Shown one piece after another: positions 1 through 12,294 of a stretch of DNA of 64,000 nucleotides (its first letter is position 1; each line of letters starts with the position of its first letter). A program made the position numbers and the translations under genes. The stretch lies in assembly GCF_964355755.1 (NCBI RefSeq), contig NC_092670.1, positions 25,158,795-25,222,794 on the forward strand, written 5' to 3'. Under the pieces are notes generated by a model that ran no database searches, was not told the DNA's origin, and worked only from the letters and a program-made list of their open reading frames with translations. The DNA is from Antedon mediterranea (taxonomy: Eukaryota > Animalia > Echinodermata).

Positions 1-164
1 GCCTGGTACTAAATTTGATTTGTATTTTTTTTTACATTTGTGGGCGAAAAGGTCTCTCCCTTTTTCACATTTGTGGGCGCTGTTTTCACATTTGTGGGTG
101 ATGCGTTTTTACATTTGTGGTTGTTTTCACATTTGTGGGCTTTTTCACATTTGTGGGTTCAACA
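1..164 (+). mobile_element. Right arm of a foldback-type element (TTTTCACATTTGTGG subterminal array ending GGGTTCAACA)
   Basis: Same 18-21 bp unit and same terminus as the right arm at about 41765-42057; cut off by the window edge. Confidence 0.8.
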
Positions 165-177
165 GGGCCTTTTTTTT

Positions 178-450
178 ATCAAAGATGATGCCATATTGGA
201 TGTTTAAAGGGGTCTTCCGTCAAAGATGATACCATATTGGATGTTTTAAAGGGCCTTCCATCAAAGATCATGCCATATTGGATGTTTAAAGGGGCCTTCC
301 ATCAATGATGATGCCAGATTGGTTGTTGAAGGGGCCTTCGGTCAAAGATGGTGTGATATTAGATGTTTAAAAGGGCTTTCCATCAAAGATGATGTGATAT
401 TTGTTGTTTAAAGGGGCCTTCCGTCAATGATGATGCCATGTTTTAAAGGG
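178..450. repeat. Tandem repeat, unit about 41 bp (CATCAAAGATGATGCCATATTGGATGTTTAAAGGGGCCTTC)
   Basis: About 6.5 diverged copies visible. Confidence 0.85.
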
Positions 451-1018
451 TTATGATATATAACAGTTAATATTGAAAACCTATAATGGCCTGTTAACTG
501 AAGTACTTTTCAGTTTATGTACTGTAATGATAATTTAAATAGCTTTTCAGCAGGGAGCTAAGTTAATTGGTCGGATGTTTTTCAGTACTCTAATGTAATT
601 GTACTGGATACTTTGACCAATTAACTTTATAATACTGTAATCCATATTGTCTTTTTTGTCTTTCTCTCTGTCAATTGTCAATGGGATACACTGGTGTGTA
701 AATGACCTTCACCATTTGAGACAATCTATAATGACACAAAGGTGCCAATTCAAAAAAACTATTTGATATATTGATCTATTATTATAACTTTCACCATGCT
801 GTAGGGTTTAGCATTAACTAAATTCAGATTGTCACTAGTTTAGTGAAAATGTCAGGAATGGTCAAACAGCACATTTAATAGTATGTTAGTGCTGGAGTCT
901 GTGTGTGTGTCTCTCTCCCAGAAATGTTACCTACAACTTGAGAACACAGTGCATAAGGTGTTATTACAGTAAATGTCAGTACGTTGAGTACAGCTACCTC
1001 CAATTTTATTTCTGAATA

Positions 1019-3120
1019 ATGGCAATAATAAAATTTGACAAAGGTAAGCATATTTTTGTAAAACGGTTTGCAAATTTAGATTTAACAACGATTATTCTTC
1101 TTGGGCATGGAGAAATTAGTTGAATAATTTAAAAGTTGAGTATTTAAAGCCATCTACAGTATTTTAGCATCTTATCTTAACATTCGTTGTTACAGTATTT
1201 TCAAGAAGTAAATTACTTATACTTCACAAAATATGATTTGCTATAATTTTATTGTAAAAGTATACTGTAAGGCCTAACAGAGTATATATACAGTAGGACT
1301 AGCTAGACTGACACGTTAACCTCAAGTTGATAGTGTGTTTCATTTGCACATGCCAAAATCCTGCACCAAGAGAACCATATATTTTTCCCGGCCTAACTAA
1401 GAAAAACTTGCTCTTTTATGATTATTTATGTTTAGGCTTGAACACCAGGTGCATATTGGTGCTCTTAAGTATTGGAATACTGTATTTATTATATTTGTAT
1501 GTATGTTACAGTAGACAAATGTGAGTATATTTTTAATTTCTTTTTGATTTTAAGAAATGTTAGGTTGAGAACTATAAAGAATGAATAGAATGGACTACAC
1601 TGTATGATTGTCCCACCCCTACATTCAGTTATTTGCTCCAATACTTTACATAACAATGTTGGTATACAGAATACAGTATTACATCTTAACAATACTATGC
1701 ATAGCTTACTGTGCACCTAGATTGTTTATTGTCTCTCGCTGGACTCACAATTTGGAATAATCTGCTTAACAACCACATACTCAACATTACCCAATACAGA
1801 AGTTATCTACAATCCGTTTAAAAACAAAAGACCCTTTATTTGATGTAAAGGATCAATGACTATGATGGCATTCATGCTATTTACAAGTTTTAATGTTTTC
1901 CAATTGTAATGTTTTACAGGATTGCTATAAAACATTTTCTACCAATAATGCGACACGATAATACTACGGTGAAATCTGCAGTTTCTCATCTGTTACATTT
2001 GAACAATCAGGAAACGTGTAAACCGCATAATATGTTTGTATTTTTGAAAACTCACAAGACGGGAAGTTCAACACTAACAACAACAATACAGAGATACGGG
2101 TACATTAGAAACCTAACGATTGCAATACCTAAACATGATTCGCATGTAATAAGCTCCGGTAAATTTAAACCTTCGCAGGTATATCCTGGTAAATATGACA
2201 TGTTAGTCAATCATGTTCGTTTTGATAAGAAGAAAATGCAAAAAGTCATGAAAAATGGAACAAAATACTTCACAATAATCAGAGATCCCCGCACCCAAAT
2301 TGAGTCCGTTTTTGGTTACTTTACGTTATTTAAACCTCTTCACCTTTCACCAATATCTGGCTTTGAAAACTTTATTTCTAAACCCCGCTTCTTTTTAAAC
2401 AAATATCGCCATTTTAGAATGAGAAATTACCTAAAAAACCCAAACCTGTTTGATCTTGGATTTGCTCCTAAAAAAATGGAAAAGCAAGATCTGGTAGATG
2501 CTGCTGTTAAGAAGATTTCTAAAGAACTTGATCTTGTTTTAATATATGAATATTATAATGAATCTTTGCTACTATTAAGAAAACTTTTGTGTTTTAGTTT
2601 TGAAGATATTCTCTACGTTCCAAAAGGGATGCGAAGTGATAAACGACGCTATACCGTTTCTGATAACTTACGTGAATCAATTAACAAATGGAGTTGGGCC
2701 GACGCTAAGCTTTATGAAGAATTTAACAAAACCTTTTGGAGAAAAATAGAGGAATATGGACCAACGTTTGAGACCGATTTAAAATATTTTGAATCTTTAC
2801 TTGAAGAAAAGTTAAAGAACTGTACCTTCACAGGTAAAAGCACAGATGATAACAGAACAGTTTATCTTGTTTTTAATGACAATACAAACGACACAAGCTG
2901 TGAATTAATGAAGTATTCTGATGCAGAAATGACTAGTTTAATACGAATAAAACAATATAATACTACAAGGCACACAGAATCAAAGAATCGACTGTGTATC
3001 CTCCTACTACCACCACTGCTACTACTACTACTATTATTACTGTGTTGCAAATACGCACCAAGTCAAAAGACAGCAGCGTCACAGACTCGCTTAATAATAA
3101 TAGCACACAATTCAACATAA
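1019..3120 (+). CDS. Galactose-3-O-sulfotransferase (galactosylceramide sulfotransferase-like), type II Golgi membrane protein; coding exons 1019-1043, 1436-1520, 1920-3120
   Basis: Phases join (1, 2) to give MAIIKFDKGLNTRCILVLLSIGILYLLYLYV (TM anchor). Large exon has the 5'-PSB motif FLKTHKTGSST, the 3'-PB motif TIIRDP..ESVF, and the family blocks DLVLIYEYYNESLLLL and D.KLYEEFN.TFW. Confidence 0.9.
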
Positions 3121-3175
3121 TCATCGGCTGAATGTTAAGTACATCTTAATTCCAGTACAAGTGCATCAAAAGTGT

Positions 3176-3392
3176 CAACTGAATAGGGGTGTCCCCTTAA
3201 AGGGATGACAAATGAATAGGGGTGTCCCCTTAACGGGACAACTGAATAGGGGTGACAACTGAATAGGGGTGTCACCTTAAAGGGATGACAACTGAATAGG
3301 GGTGTCCCCTTAAATAGGGATGACAACTGAATAGGGATGTCCCCTTAAAGGGATGACAACTGAATTGGGGTGTCCCCTGAATAGAGGTGTTC
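3176..3392. repeat. Minisatellite, unit about 32 bp (CAACTGAATAGGGGTGTCCCCTTAAAGGGATGA)
   Basis: About 7 copies, some shortened. Confidence 0.9.
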
Positions 3393-3560
3393 CAAAGGAG
3401 GGGTTCTGCTGTATCTTTATTTACAAACTAATTAGTTAGGAATGTACAAACAATGAATGTTTTAAAAAAAAATACTGAATGAACAAAATGAGATAAATAA
3501 ATGAGGATGATTTATTTCACTTGTTAGATACAAATTTGATTGTATGAATAAGCTTCTCAC

Positions 3561-3716
3561 CTTAAACTCGGAATGTTTTACATAAAACTGTTTTAGCAGG
3601 GTAACAAGGTCTACAGCAATTTCATCAACATTTGTAGTGTAGGCATTATCATTTGTTACATAGCTATAACCAGTTCCAACCGGATTGTCAATGAATAAAA
3701 TATTTGCAGCTTGTAC
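3561..3716 (-). CDS. SCPEP1: SCPEP1-like exon 4b (156 nt, phase 0-0), paralogous to 4a
   Basis: VQAANILFIDNPVGTGYSYVTNDNAYTTNVDEIAVDLVTLLKQFYVKHSEFK, with AG acceptor and GTGAG donor. Confidence 0.85.
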
Positions 3717-6700
3717 CTAAAAATGATGGAATGAAGATGTAATGTGGTGTGAAATGCATCTGCAATGAATGCTTGTTTGACTAATAGCGTTGGAAGAATA
3801 CCATGAACCATAGTACAAAATACAGGACTAGGGCTAGGCTCAGGGACATCACAATTGATTAACTGGCCGAGGGACGGAGACTACTTCTTAGTAGTCAAAA
3901 ACGCCGGTATTTTTTCGTTGGTGTAGTCAAACAAGCATTCCACAGAAAATAATCATGAACTCTTTTAAACTGATTACCTTAAAGTCGCAATAATAATAAA
4001 AGAAATTTTTCAACACTTGTATAAGATCTGTTGCAATCTCAGTTACGTTAGTTGTGTAGGCCGACTCATCTGTTACGTAGCTATAACCTGTTCCAACCGG
4101 ATTATCAATAAATAATAGGTTGGCTGCAGACAACTATTAAATATTAATAATTTAAGTTAAGAATCATCACTGAGTGATTAAACAAATGTCTTATACAATT
4201 TTAATATCTGTATTTTAATATTAAATCATATTTAAACCTAACACTGGATTAATATCATACTTGTATTACTCGGACATTGTTATGTCCTTTTGGTACAACA
4301 CTGTATTGAATGTGTACCTTCATCACTTGGACATTGCTGTCCTTGGTGCAACACTATATTGTTAAATGTATACTTTCACAAGCTGTTGGACATTGCTATG
4401 TCCTTGGTCCAGTGTTTTTCCGGATTTAGGGTATGTTCAGACCTACGGAGTTATGCTTTCGTATCACAGCCAAGGTCATATTTTAATGAGCGTCGTAAGA
4501 GCAAAGTGTTCAGATTCATTGCAACGAAGTTGCGTTACAAACGGATATGATGTCACTCGCTGGCGATTAACCAAACTCCAACGCACGCATAGACCTACCT
4601 TTGTTGTTATTAAAAGTAATAGTGGTTGGTTTGGGAGTTACAGGCCTAGACCGAACACTTGGGCTCGGCATTATCGATTGGTTGTCAGGCATACCAACCA
4701 GCCGATCGTTTTGGGGTTTGGGTTTATATTTGGTCTATGACCTAAAATATCATTTATGGCAGAAAAATTTTTTCAAATCCCGTACTTGCACCGGCTCCAG
4801 ATTTATTTAATCGGTCTTTCGCCGCTTTAATACGACGACCCCTTCAAATTTGTTTGGATATTAAATCCTTCTTTATGAGGATGGCCCGTCTGCTAACGTG
4901 TCCGCCATGTCGTTGAACACAGACAGACATCTTGTTGCCGGTGCTTTTACGCCAGTTTTTCACTTCCAACCGATCTCTGAACTCATGGCTTCCCCACAAT
5001 GAAATAAGGTATTTTACTTCGGTTTCTCGCCAATGCGCACGCTTTGATGACATTTTAAATTAATTAATATAATAATAATAATACTGTATAGTGTAACAAC
5101 AAAAGGTAAGATTTTTCGCACGTTCACCGATCACAACAAATGGATGCTTGGCTATACGATGAGCACATGTCACGATGTGATGTGGCGAATATGGTAATTT
5201 GATTGGCTAGATATCTAACCTAGGTCATATTCATCGATGCGTGACTTTCGTATTGTAAGCGACGTCCACTAAACTCATACCTTGAGCTTTCGTAGCGTAC
5301 GAAATATCAGTGTCGTACGAGGTGGCTTCCACTAATCTTTTCCTGGTTCAGACCTATGGATTTGTACGCCGCGTACAATACGAAAGCATAACTCCGTAGG
5401 TCTGAACAGGCCCTTAATTTGATTTTACCTAGATGGATTATTATTCATAACTTTATGTAAATAAATAATATTTTTAACATGTAGCCAAGATTTTTATTGG
5501 GTTTCGTTTCTTTCACAAAAAGGGAAGTATGCTTAACTAGCCTACCTCCCTTTACCATCACTTCCATTGCTGGTTTCTAGATTCAAAGGGGAACATAAAC
5601 AGGGTTTGTTCAGACCAGCAACTTATCTATCTATCTTACCCATGTGGAATTTCTTGGGTTAAGATTCACATCCAATGGTCCTATCTCTTCAAAGTTTCCA
5701 AATCCTGTAGATGATCCACCAGGTCCTCCCTAGTGCAGCAAAAGTATGAAGTGGAAATCAGAATTAATTTCAGTATCATACAGTCTGCTCGATATATAAG
5801 CAACATAGATAAATAAATAAATGATTAAAAGTGGTTTTTTTTCTCTGGCTTCAAATGTCTCTTCAATCATCATTTTAATATAAATTTAATTGAAACATGT
5901 AAGATTTTTATTGGTTTATTTATATTGAAATGAAGAGAGATTTTTTTTCCCTTCATGAAGTTGTCTGTAGTGTACAATATAATCTATATATAAATTTACG
6001 TAAGGGCAAAATTCGGTAAATCGCGCGTTATTTCTAGAATGTTTACTCGATGGTATATAAAGTTGGTTCGTACTTTTGGTACTGATTTTAACCACCTGAT
6101 GTAACCATGTTTACTAATTAAATTGAGTTCGATAATTAGTTATTGACGATTAAAACGAATTTAGGTCCAACGATTTGCCCCAAATAGGGGTGTTTTTCGA
6201 TGGTGGTATACACTGTCTAATGGATGTCCGTCTTGAAAAATACCCGCAGACAATAATACGAGGATGCTTCGCATTTTCCTATCTCCTCCTACGATAATTG
6301 TTTTTAATGGCTGAAAACCGGTTGAACAGCTCGAGTATAGCATCATAATGTTGAAGACTATTTTGATAGATTTAATATACGTTTATACAAATGTATTGAT
6401 TTGCGATGAATGGAACATTCCAATCTCTGTTCCACAAGTGTCTATTCCCTCAGGCGTCGTAACGGCAAGTACAGGTACTGTATACTCATAACAGAAATTC
6501 GATCCATTTTTTTTTCAATCTGTGCTGCAGAGGTTGGATATAAATTTTTTTTAAACGGATAATGATCTAGCGTTTTCACTCGCCGTATATTATGTACACA
6601 TCTTTATTATTGCAGTTAAACCACCCATATCATCACCCTTCCCTCACTGGCATGAGTAGCGTTGTAAAACCAGTAGAGGATAGGCCTACGGTACATCACA

Positions 6701-9700
6701 TGCCCTAAACGCAGAACAACTTTGGTGGGTAGGGGGTGGGTAGGGTAGGAACCAACTTAAGTATGAATTTGCTCTAAGAAACAATTGAAAACCTTTAGGC
6801 CTACTAATTAAGTTGAGTTAGATAATTTAAAGACCCCTTCCCTGCAATTTTGGACGTTTTTTGGAAAATAATACATATATATCACTTTAAAAACATTAAA
6901 CCATGTCATTCCTTGTCTTAAATGTACGTTTTATGGTAAATTATGATAAAAAGTGAGAAACAATGCACTACCTAAGTAGCTCGCGGCGATCGACCTCTCG
7001 TGGACGGTCTTAGGCCTAGCCTAGCTAGGCTTAGTTTTGTAGGCCTAGCTGGTAAACATCGGTAACGTACGAACATCGTACGCGAGCTATATACCTAGCC
7101 TGACGTTGTATAGTTGCTGCATTAATTGTCTTTCTATTTTTGCCAGACTCCGTTGATACAAATTGGGGAAAACCCGGTATTTTCGCTGAAAAGTTAGGAG
7201 TCTTCCATTTGTTTTGGCCTCACGATCGATCGAAAAGTGGGCGAATTACAGGTGAAAAACAAAAATATCAATCCGCGCGCAATGCGTTTTGGGATTTATA
7301 GCGGGCCGCTATAATTATTAGAATCGGCTTATTTTTCACATTTTTAACCGTTTAAAGACGAAAAAAGTTATCGCAATAGGACCATATAGTATTATTTTTA
7401 CATTAAATATAGTTTGTGATCTTAAATTAGATCTAAAAAACGTAGGGAATGGGGCTTTAATATTTATTGACGATTAAATCGAATTTATGATTTTCGCCGA
7501 ATAGAGGTGGTTTTCACAAATTGTTTTACATTATATAAACATATATACGTCGTAGTGATGTATCGTTACATGTACTGTACTATTTCAATCGACTATGACG
7601 GTGATAGTTTCAACAAAGTATTAAATCGCAATGTTTTACTGTGTTTAGTGGTATATTATTTGTAAAACATGAAAACAATTAATATTTCGTTAATAAATGG
7701 GTAAAGAATATATTTAAAAATTGTTCCTCTTTGCACCCATCCTCTTCCCCATCCCTCAACCCAAATGTTACATACAAAACACAATTTAAGTTTGTTTAAA
7801 TTTGACTTAAACAATTGGTCTCATTTTGTGACAAGTTTCTCTTTCGGAAGTAATTCCCAGGGTACTAATTTTACAGTACATAAATCACAGTGTTTATTTA
7901 TTCGTTCCTGTAAACGACATGTATTATTATCCTGCGGTACGTATACATTTGAAATCGCCAGTTTTTTTAACGCTGAAATTATTATGTATTCGAGAACCAT
8001 CTGTGGGCACGACCTAGATGGTACGCGAGCGAAGCGAGCGTACCATCTAGTGTTCATAATTTAACTTGAGTCATTTATTTATTTATCTACTGTATCTATG
8101 TAAGTGAGAGAGTTTGTCTGTTTGTTTGTTTGTTCGTTATACAAATTTTTGTTACTGCACGTAACCTTATTACATATGGGTATAAAAATGACCGCAATTG
8201 TACCGGGAATGTTCTAAACTATATTTGAACATCATCCGCCATCTGGGATCCAAGTTAAGCCTGGTTTCCATTAAAATTGCTACAGCGTTTCCATTGAAAT
8301 CTCTACACGCGCAGATGTCGCCGACGCAATCGGGAAGGCTCCCTGATTCATCGCAGTCAAATCGACAAAGTTCAACCATGTTCAACTTTGCCGATTTTGT
8401 CGACGATGAATCGTATACGCGTACCAAAGAATATTTAGCGCTCGCGTACTAGATCCCCGATAAATTCTAGCGTTTCCATAGAATCGCTACGCTCTGTCGT
8501 GTAGCGATTTTATGGAAACCAGGCTTTAGGGGCCAAAATGTGGTCAAAATGGCCCACTTTTCCCACTTTCGATGTTTGTTCGTTATACAAATTTCTGTTT
8601 CTGCATGTTACCATACATATGGGGTATCAATATGATTACAATTGTACCGGGAAGGTTTTAAACTACATTTCACAAATTCCGGGGATTTATTGGGAGAGAG
8701 GGGTTGGGAGATAGGGTGTGAGAGTTGGGGTTCAGGGGATAGTGGGGATTTTGCTTACGCTAGGGGTGGTAGGCTCTCAAATTGTGGTAGGAAAATTGTT
8801 AAAAGTATTTTAATTATCACTGGGAAGGGGCTGGGAGTTTGGGGTGGGGATGTAGGCCTATCACCATGACTGAAACTGTACTGGGAATGTTTTAAACTAC
8901 ATTTGAAAACTGCCACTGAGGGATTATGGGTTGGGAGTGATGGCTAACATTATTAGTACTCGAACACATCACCCAGTATCTGGGGTGTGTTGAGGGAGGA
9001 GGGGGGAGAAGAGGGAGCGGAAATACTGGCGTTATGAAGTATATGATTGGAATTGTACTAGGAAAAGTTATTACATTTGAACTGTCCTCTGGTAGAGTTA
9101 AGGTTAGGTAATTGTTGCTGGGATGGTTAGAGGAAGAATTCATTTACACAGTTTACAACGTACTTAAACCATAGGCCTATCATAGCTATGTATACCACTC
9201 TCATTTTGAAGCTGAAGTTGTCCTGGGAAGAATTTGTTTTTAAAAAAAGAGTGTGGTGTGTTATTGAAGAGGGGTGGAGGTTGGTGAGTATAGGTATACA
9301 GTTATGTACTGAGAAGGCTTTAAACTAATGTTGAAACCCGCCCTGGGGCGGGTATAATTGCTAGTGTGTTATAATTATGAGTTTGTCCTTTTGTTTGATA
9401 TCATGATATTTTACAGTGTTCATATGCTTGGACATGACATGCTTAAACAGTATTCTCAACCTGAAGAAAAAAAATGTTAAATTATAAAAAGAATATTTCA
9501 CTTTATGTTTAAAGTTGGAATACGCATGGAACGGTTACAAAGGCAAAATATTGATAAACTCTTAGCAGTATGTACCTGTAGCCATATTACTAATGGTGCT
9601 GATGAATAGTAGGGCTTGATAGTAGAGAAATACAGCCACCAAAACATGTACGCATCTGGACGTACGTTTACGTATCCCCAGTCTTGATCTGGTTCAGTCA

Positions 9701-11208
9701 ACTTTTTGTCACCATTGGACCTGCATTTACTTCGATTTTTTCCTATAAAATAAAAATTAAATAAAACAGGCTGGGTTTGCTATGATAAACAAAGTAGGTT
9801 AAAATCAGAAAATAATGTATTTTGTAGCGCTTTGTTTTCTTTGGTTCCTGGCTCCATGTTTGTCAACTCACGAGGAACAATACGGTACCATTGAACAATG
9901 AATGCGGTTACTTAGAAACAGTAGATAAAAACAATAAGCAGAGCTGCTCCGTATAATGTTTACATCAGATTTAACCGAAGAGATACACTAGCGCATATTA
10001 ACGCACGAGCGTAAGGTATTATAGTATATAAAGTATTTAACAATAATAACGTATATTGATTTTTTATATCTGGTTTATTATTTATACCTGGATCCGCCCC
10101 TGTAAAGTTCTCTGGAGCTTATTTGATTTCTCCAGATACAACACAGCATCACGTAAATTATTTGCTTCAATTTAATCATATTTTGTTATCATATTTTGAA
10201 TTTTGCTTTGTGTAAATAAATGAATGCATGGTTGGCTGGGGCTAGGCTTAGACAAGGAAGGTAATTTACTAATTAATTATATTAGGACATTTGTGACTAG
10301 CTAGTTGACTAGGCCAGATGATGTAGGCTAGCTAGGTGGTACAGATACAGAGTAGTACTCTTCCTAGTAGTAGTAATGTATTATGTAATGGCTAGTAGTG
10401 TAGTGTTTTATGTAGGGGCCTCCTACTCTACCTACCTAGGGCCTAGTATAGTAGGGCCCTCTGTCTGGCGCTACTGCAGTTTCGCACCACACTTCATTTC
10501 ATTTCATTTCATAATAATAACATTTATTTCCTTCATAATATACAAAATAAATAATATAATACACAAAATTCATGACGAGAAGAAAGATAGTTAAAACAAT
10601 ACAATTTTTTTTTTTCTCATCTTTAACATGAATAAAACAATATTATGAAGGAGGCACAATTTCAAAAAAGCAAAAGCTTGTGTTGAAAGTGCCTGAACAA
10701 AACAAAAAGTAACTAAAATCAAATTAGTAAATAATAGTAAATGGTATATAGGAATAAAGTAATTACCATAACGGAATATGAAAACAATAAAAAACTGATA
10801 CCTAGAATATAACTAGGGCCTAGGCCTAGTTAATTAATTTACTTTTGTATTAGATATTGTTTAGTGTTTCGATTTCTCCCCTACATTTTTTCTCACACTC
10901 ACATCATACAATTTTGGCCCATTATGTAACATGTTCCCATCCCCTCTCTCTAGGTAGTAGGCCTAGTACTAGTAGGCCTAGCCTAGGCCTAGGGCTAGGC
11001 TACCTAGGCCTAGACTAGGCCCCTACTAGCCTAGGCTAGTAGAGTAGAGGTTAGAGAGTAGATAGGCCAACAGAATTGCAATAGGCCTAGCCTAGGCCTG
11101 TTACATCAATAACTTTACCAAATTACCTTCATCCAGCACCGCTTCTGTATAATAGGAAATGTTTATTATTGAGAGCAAAAAGATAAGTTTACTCAATTTT
11201 AAAAACAT
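3561..11208 (-). CDS. SCPEP1: Retinoid-inducible serine carboxypeptidase-like (S10 family), 5' part; exons 11208-11127, 9742-9576, 5729-5640, 4133-3978 and/or 3716-3561
   Basis: Signal peptide MFLKLSKLIFLLSIINISYYTEA, then WGYVNVRPDAYMFWWLY, PLVIWLQ|GGPGGSSTGFGNFEEIGPLD, NSTW, ANLLFIDNPVGTGYSY. All junctions GT-AG and in phase. Nucleophile (ESYGG) exon not found in the window. Confidence 0.9.
3978..4133 (-). CDS. SCPEP1: SCPEP1-like exon 4a (156 nt, phase 0-0)
   Basis: LSAANLLFIDNPVGTGYSYVTDESAYTTNVTEIATDLIQVLKNFFYYYCDFK, with AG acceptor and GT donor. Confidence 0.85.
4272..4412. repeat. Short tandem repeat, unit about 58 bp, about 2.4 copies
   Basis: GGACATTG(C/T)T..GTCCTT..GGT recurs at about 4272, 4329 and 4388. 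Confidence 0.6.
4429..5413 (-). mobile_element. Non-autonomous PIF/Harbinger transposon carrying a Myb/SANT-like ORF fragment
   Basis: TIR of about 36 bp, GGG(TA/CC)TGTTCAGACCTACGGAGTTATGCTTTCGTAT; TTA on both flanks; ORF 5053-4844 (MSSKRAHWRETEVKYLISLWG) resembles the Harbinger DNA-binding protein. Confidence 0.88.
6831..7456. mobile_element. TTAA-flanked non-autonomous DNA transposon with AG..CT termini (Kolobok-like)
   Basis: Imperfect TIR AGACCCCTTCCCT / AGGGAATGGGGCT; TTAA at 6827-6830 and 7457-7460; interrupts a sequence whose empty copy lies at about 6113-6163. Confidence 0.7.
8086..9364 (+). mobile_element. Non-autonomous Helitron
   Basis: 5' A|TC start followed by (GTTT)n; 3' hairpin ACCCGCCC-TG-GGGCGGGT then CTAG|T; internal motif ATTGTACCGGGAATGTT.TAAACTA repeated several times. 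Confidence 0.75.
8258..8525. mobile_element. Harbinger-type MITE nested in the Helitron
   Basis: TIR AGCCTGGTTTCCAT / ATGGAAACCAGGCT; TTA on both sides. Confidence 0.8.
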
Positions 11209-11479
11209 GTTGTGATTTGTTTTGAAAATGTTGTATATTGACCGTGTCCGTCATGTGACTTGCTGGTGACTAGCAGAGAATACCGCCCTCTGAACTGAAC
11301 TAAACTGTTATTGTATCAGAGGCACAGTCTCAATGACATGTGCAACAAGTTTACAGTGAAAAATAATACACACACAAACAAAAATTTGACATAAGAACAA
11401 ATGACCAAAAAAATTAAGTAAACTGAGAAAGATTAAAAACTAAGAAAACATATAAATTAAGTTTTAGAAGGAATTGTAT

Positions 11480-11960
11480 TATAATATATATCATTTCGTG
11501 TGTTCCATGCCATGGTCAGAAATATTTTACAAGGTTTGTCGAAAATATTACTTGCTAATTCGTATTCATCATGGGTCAATTGAGTTGGTGTAATTTTAAA
11601 TTCATTATAAATGTCAAGGTCATCGAAGAATAAGTGGTATTCAAGATCTAGAGAGCTAGTAGTAATTAAACAATTCCCAGAACATGGATAGATTATTGTT
11701 GTTTAGATCATCTTTAAGGTTCTGAGTATTGGTTGTCTTACGTACTCAAGTCTTTTGCATTCAAATACGAAATGATATACAGTTTCCTTTTCATTACAAT
11801 TACACAATAAACATATACCTGCATTCTGAGGTGACCATGCTTCTTTTCTACCTTCAAGTGGTAGTGAATTGGAGCGAATTTTAAATTTTAGGTTTGCCCT
11901 AATTTTAGATAATACGAACAATTATTCTTGTGGGGTAGAAGCATGAATAATGAGATTACT
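11480..11960 (-). mobile_element. Non-LTR retrotransposon ORF2 C-terminal remnant
   Basis: ORF 11921-11703 has the CCHC knuckle CLLC..EKETVYHFVFEC, preceded by KFKIRSNSLPLE. Confidence 0.7.
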
Positions 11961-12294
11961 CATTTTCTATTTTAAAGAATTACCCCTATTTTATATATTT
12001 AACTGATCCCAACCCTCTAAATAATCTCTTAAATTATTAAAACAAAGTATGCAAGATGTCAATGGGTCATGAAAAAGTTTAAATTGAAACCTATTATCGT
12101 CTTATCAACGGTGATCCGATTCAACCACTTATATTGTTCATGTTATTCCATTGGATCTAGGTGACGAGTTAGAATATAAAGCGGCAATATACATATCTTT
12201 GTGTATCAGAGCCAACACACTGGTCAGAAAATTTAGCATGTGTTCTGTCGATGTAAAATGTGTTTCATTTAGAACATGGGTATTGTGCTACATG

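Noticed and set aside
1489-1716. Minus-strand ORF as the next SCPEP1 exon
   Set aside because: No ESYGG or other S10 motif; lies mostly in the sulfotransferase intron.
3135-3326. 63-aa repetitive ORF
   Set aside because: Translation of the 32-bp minisatellite.
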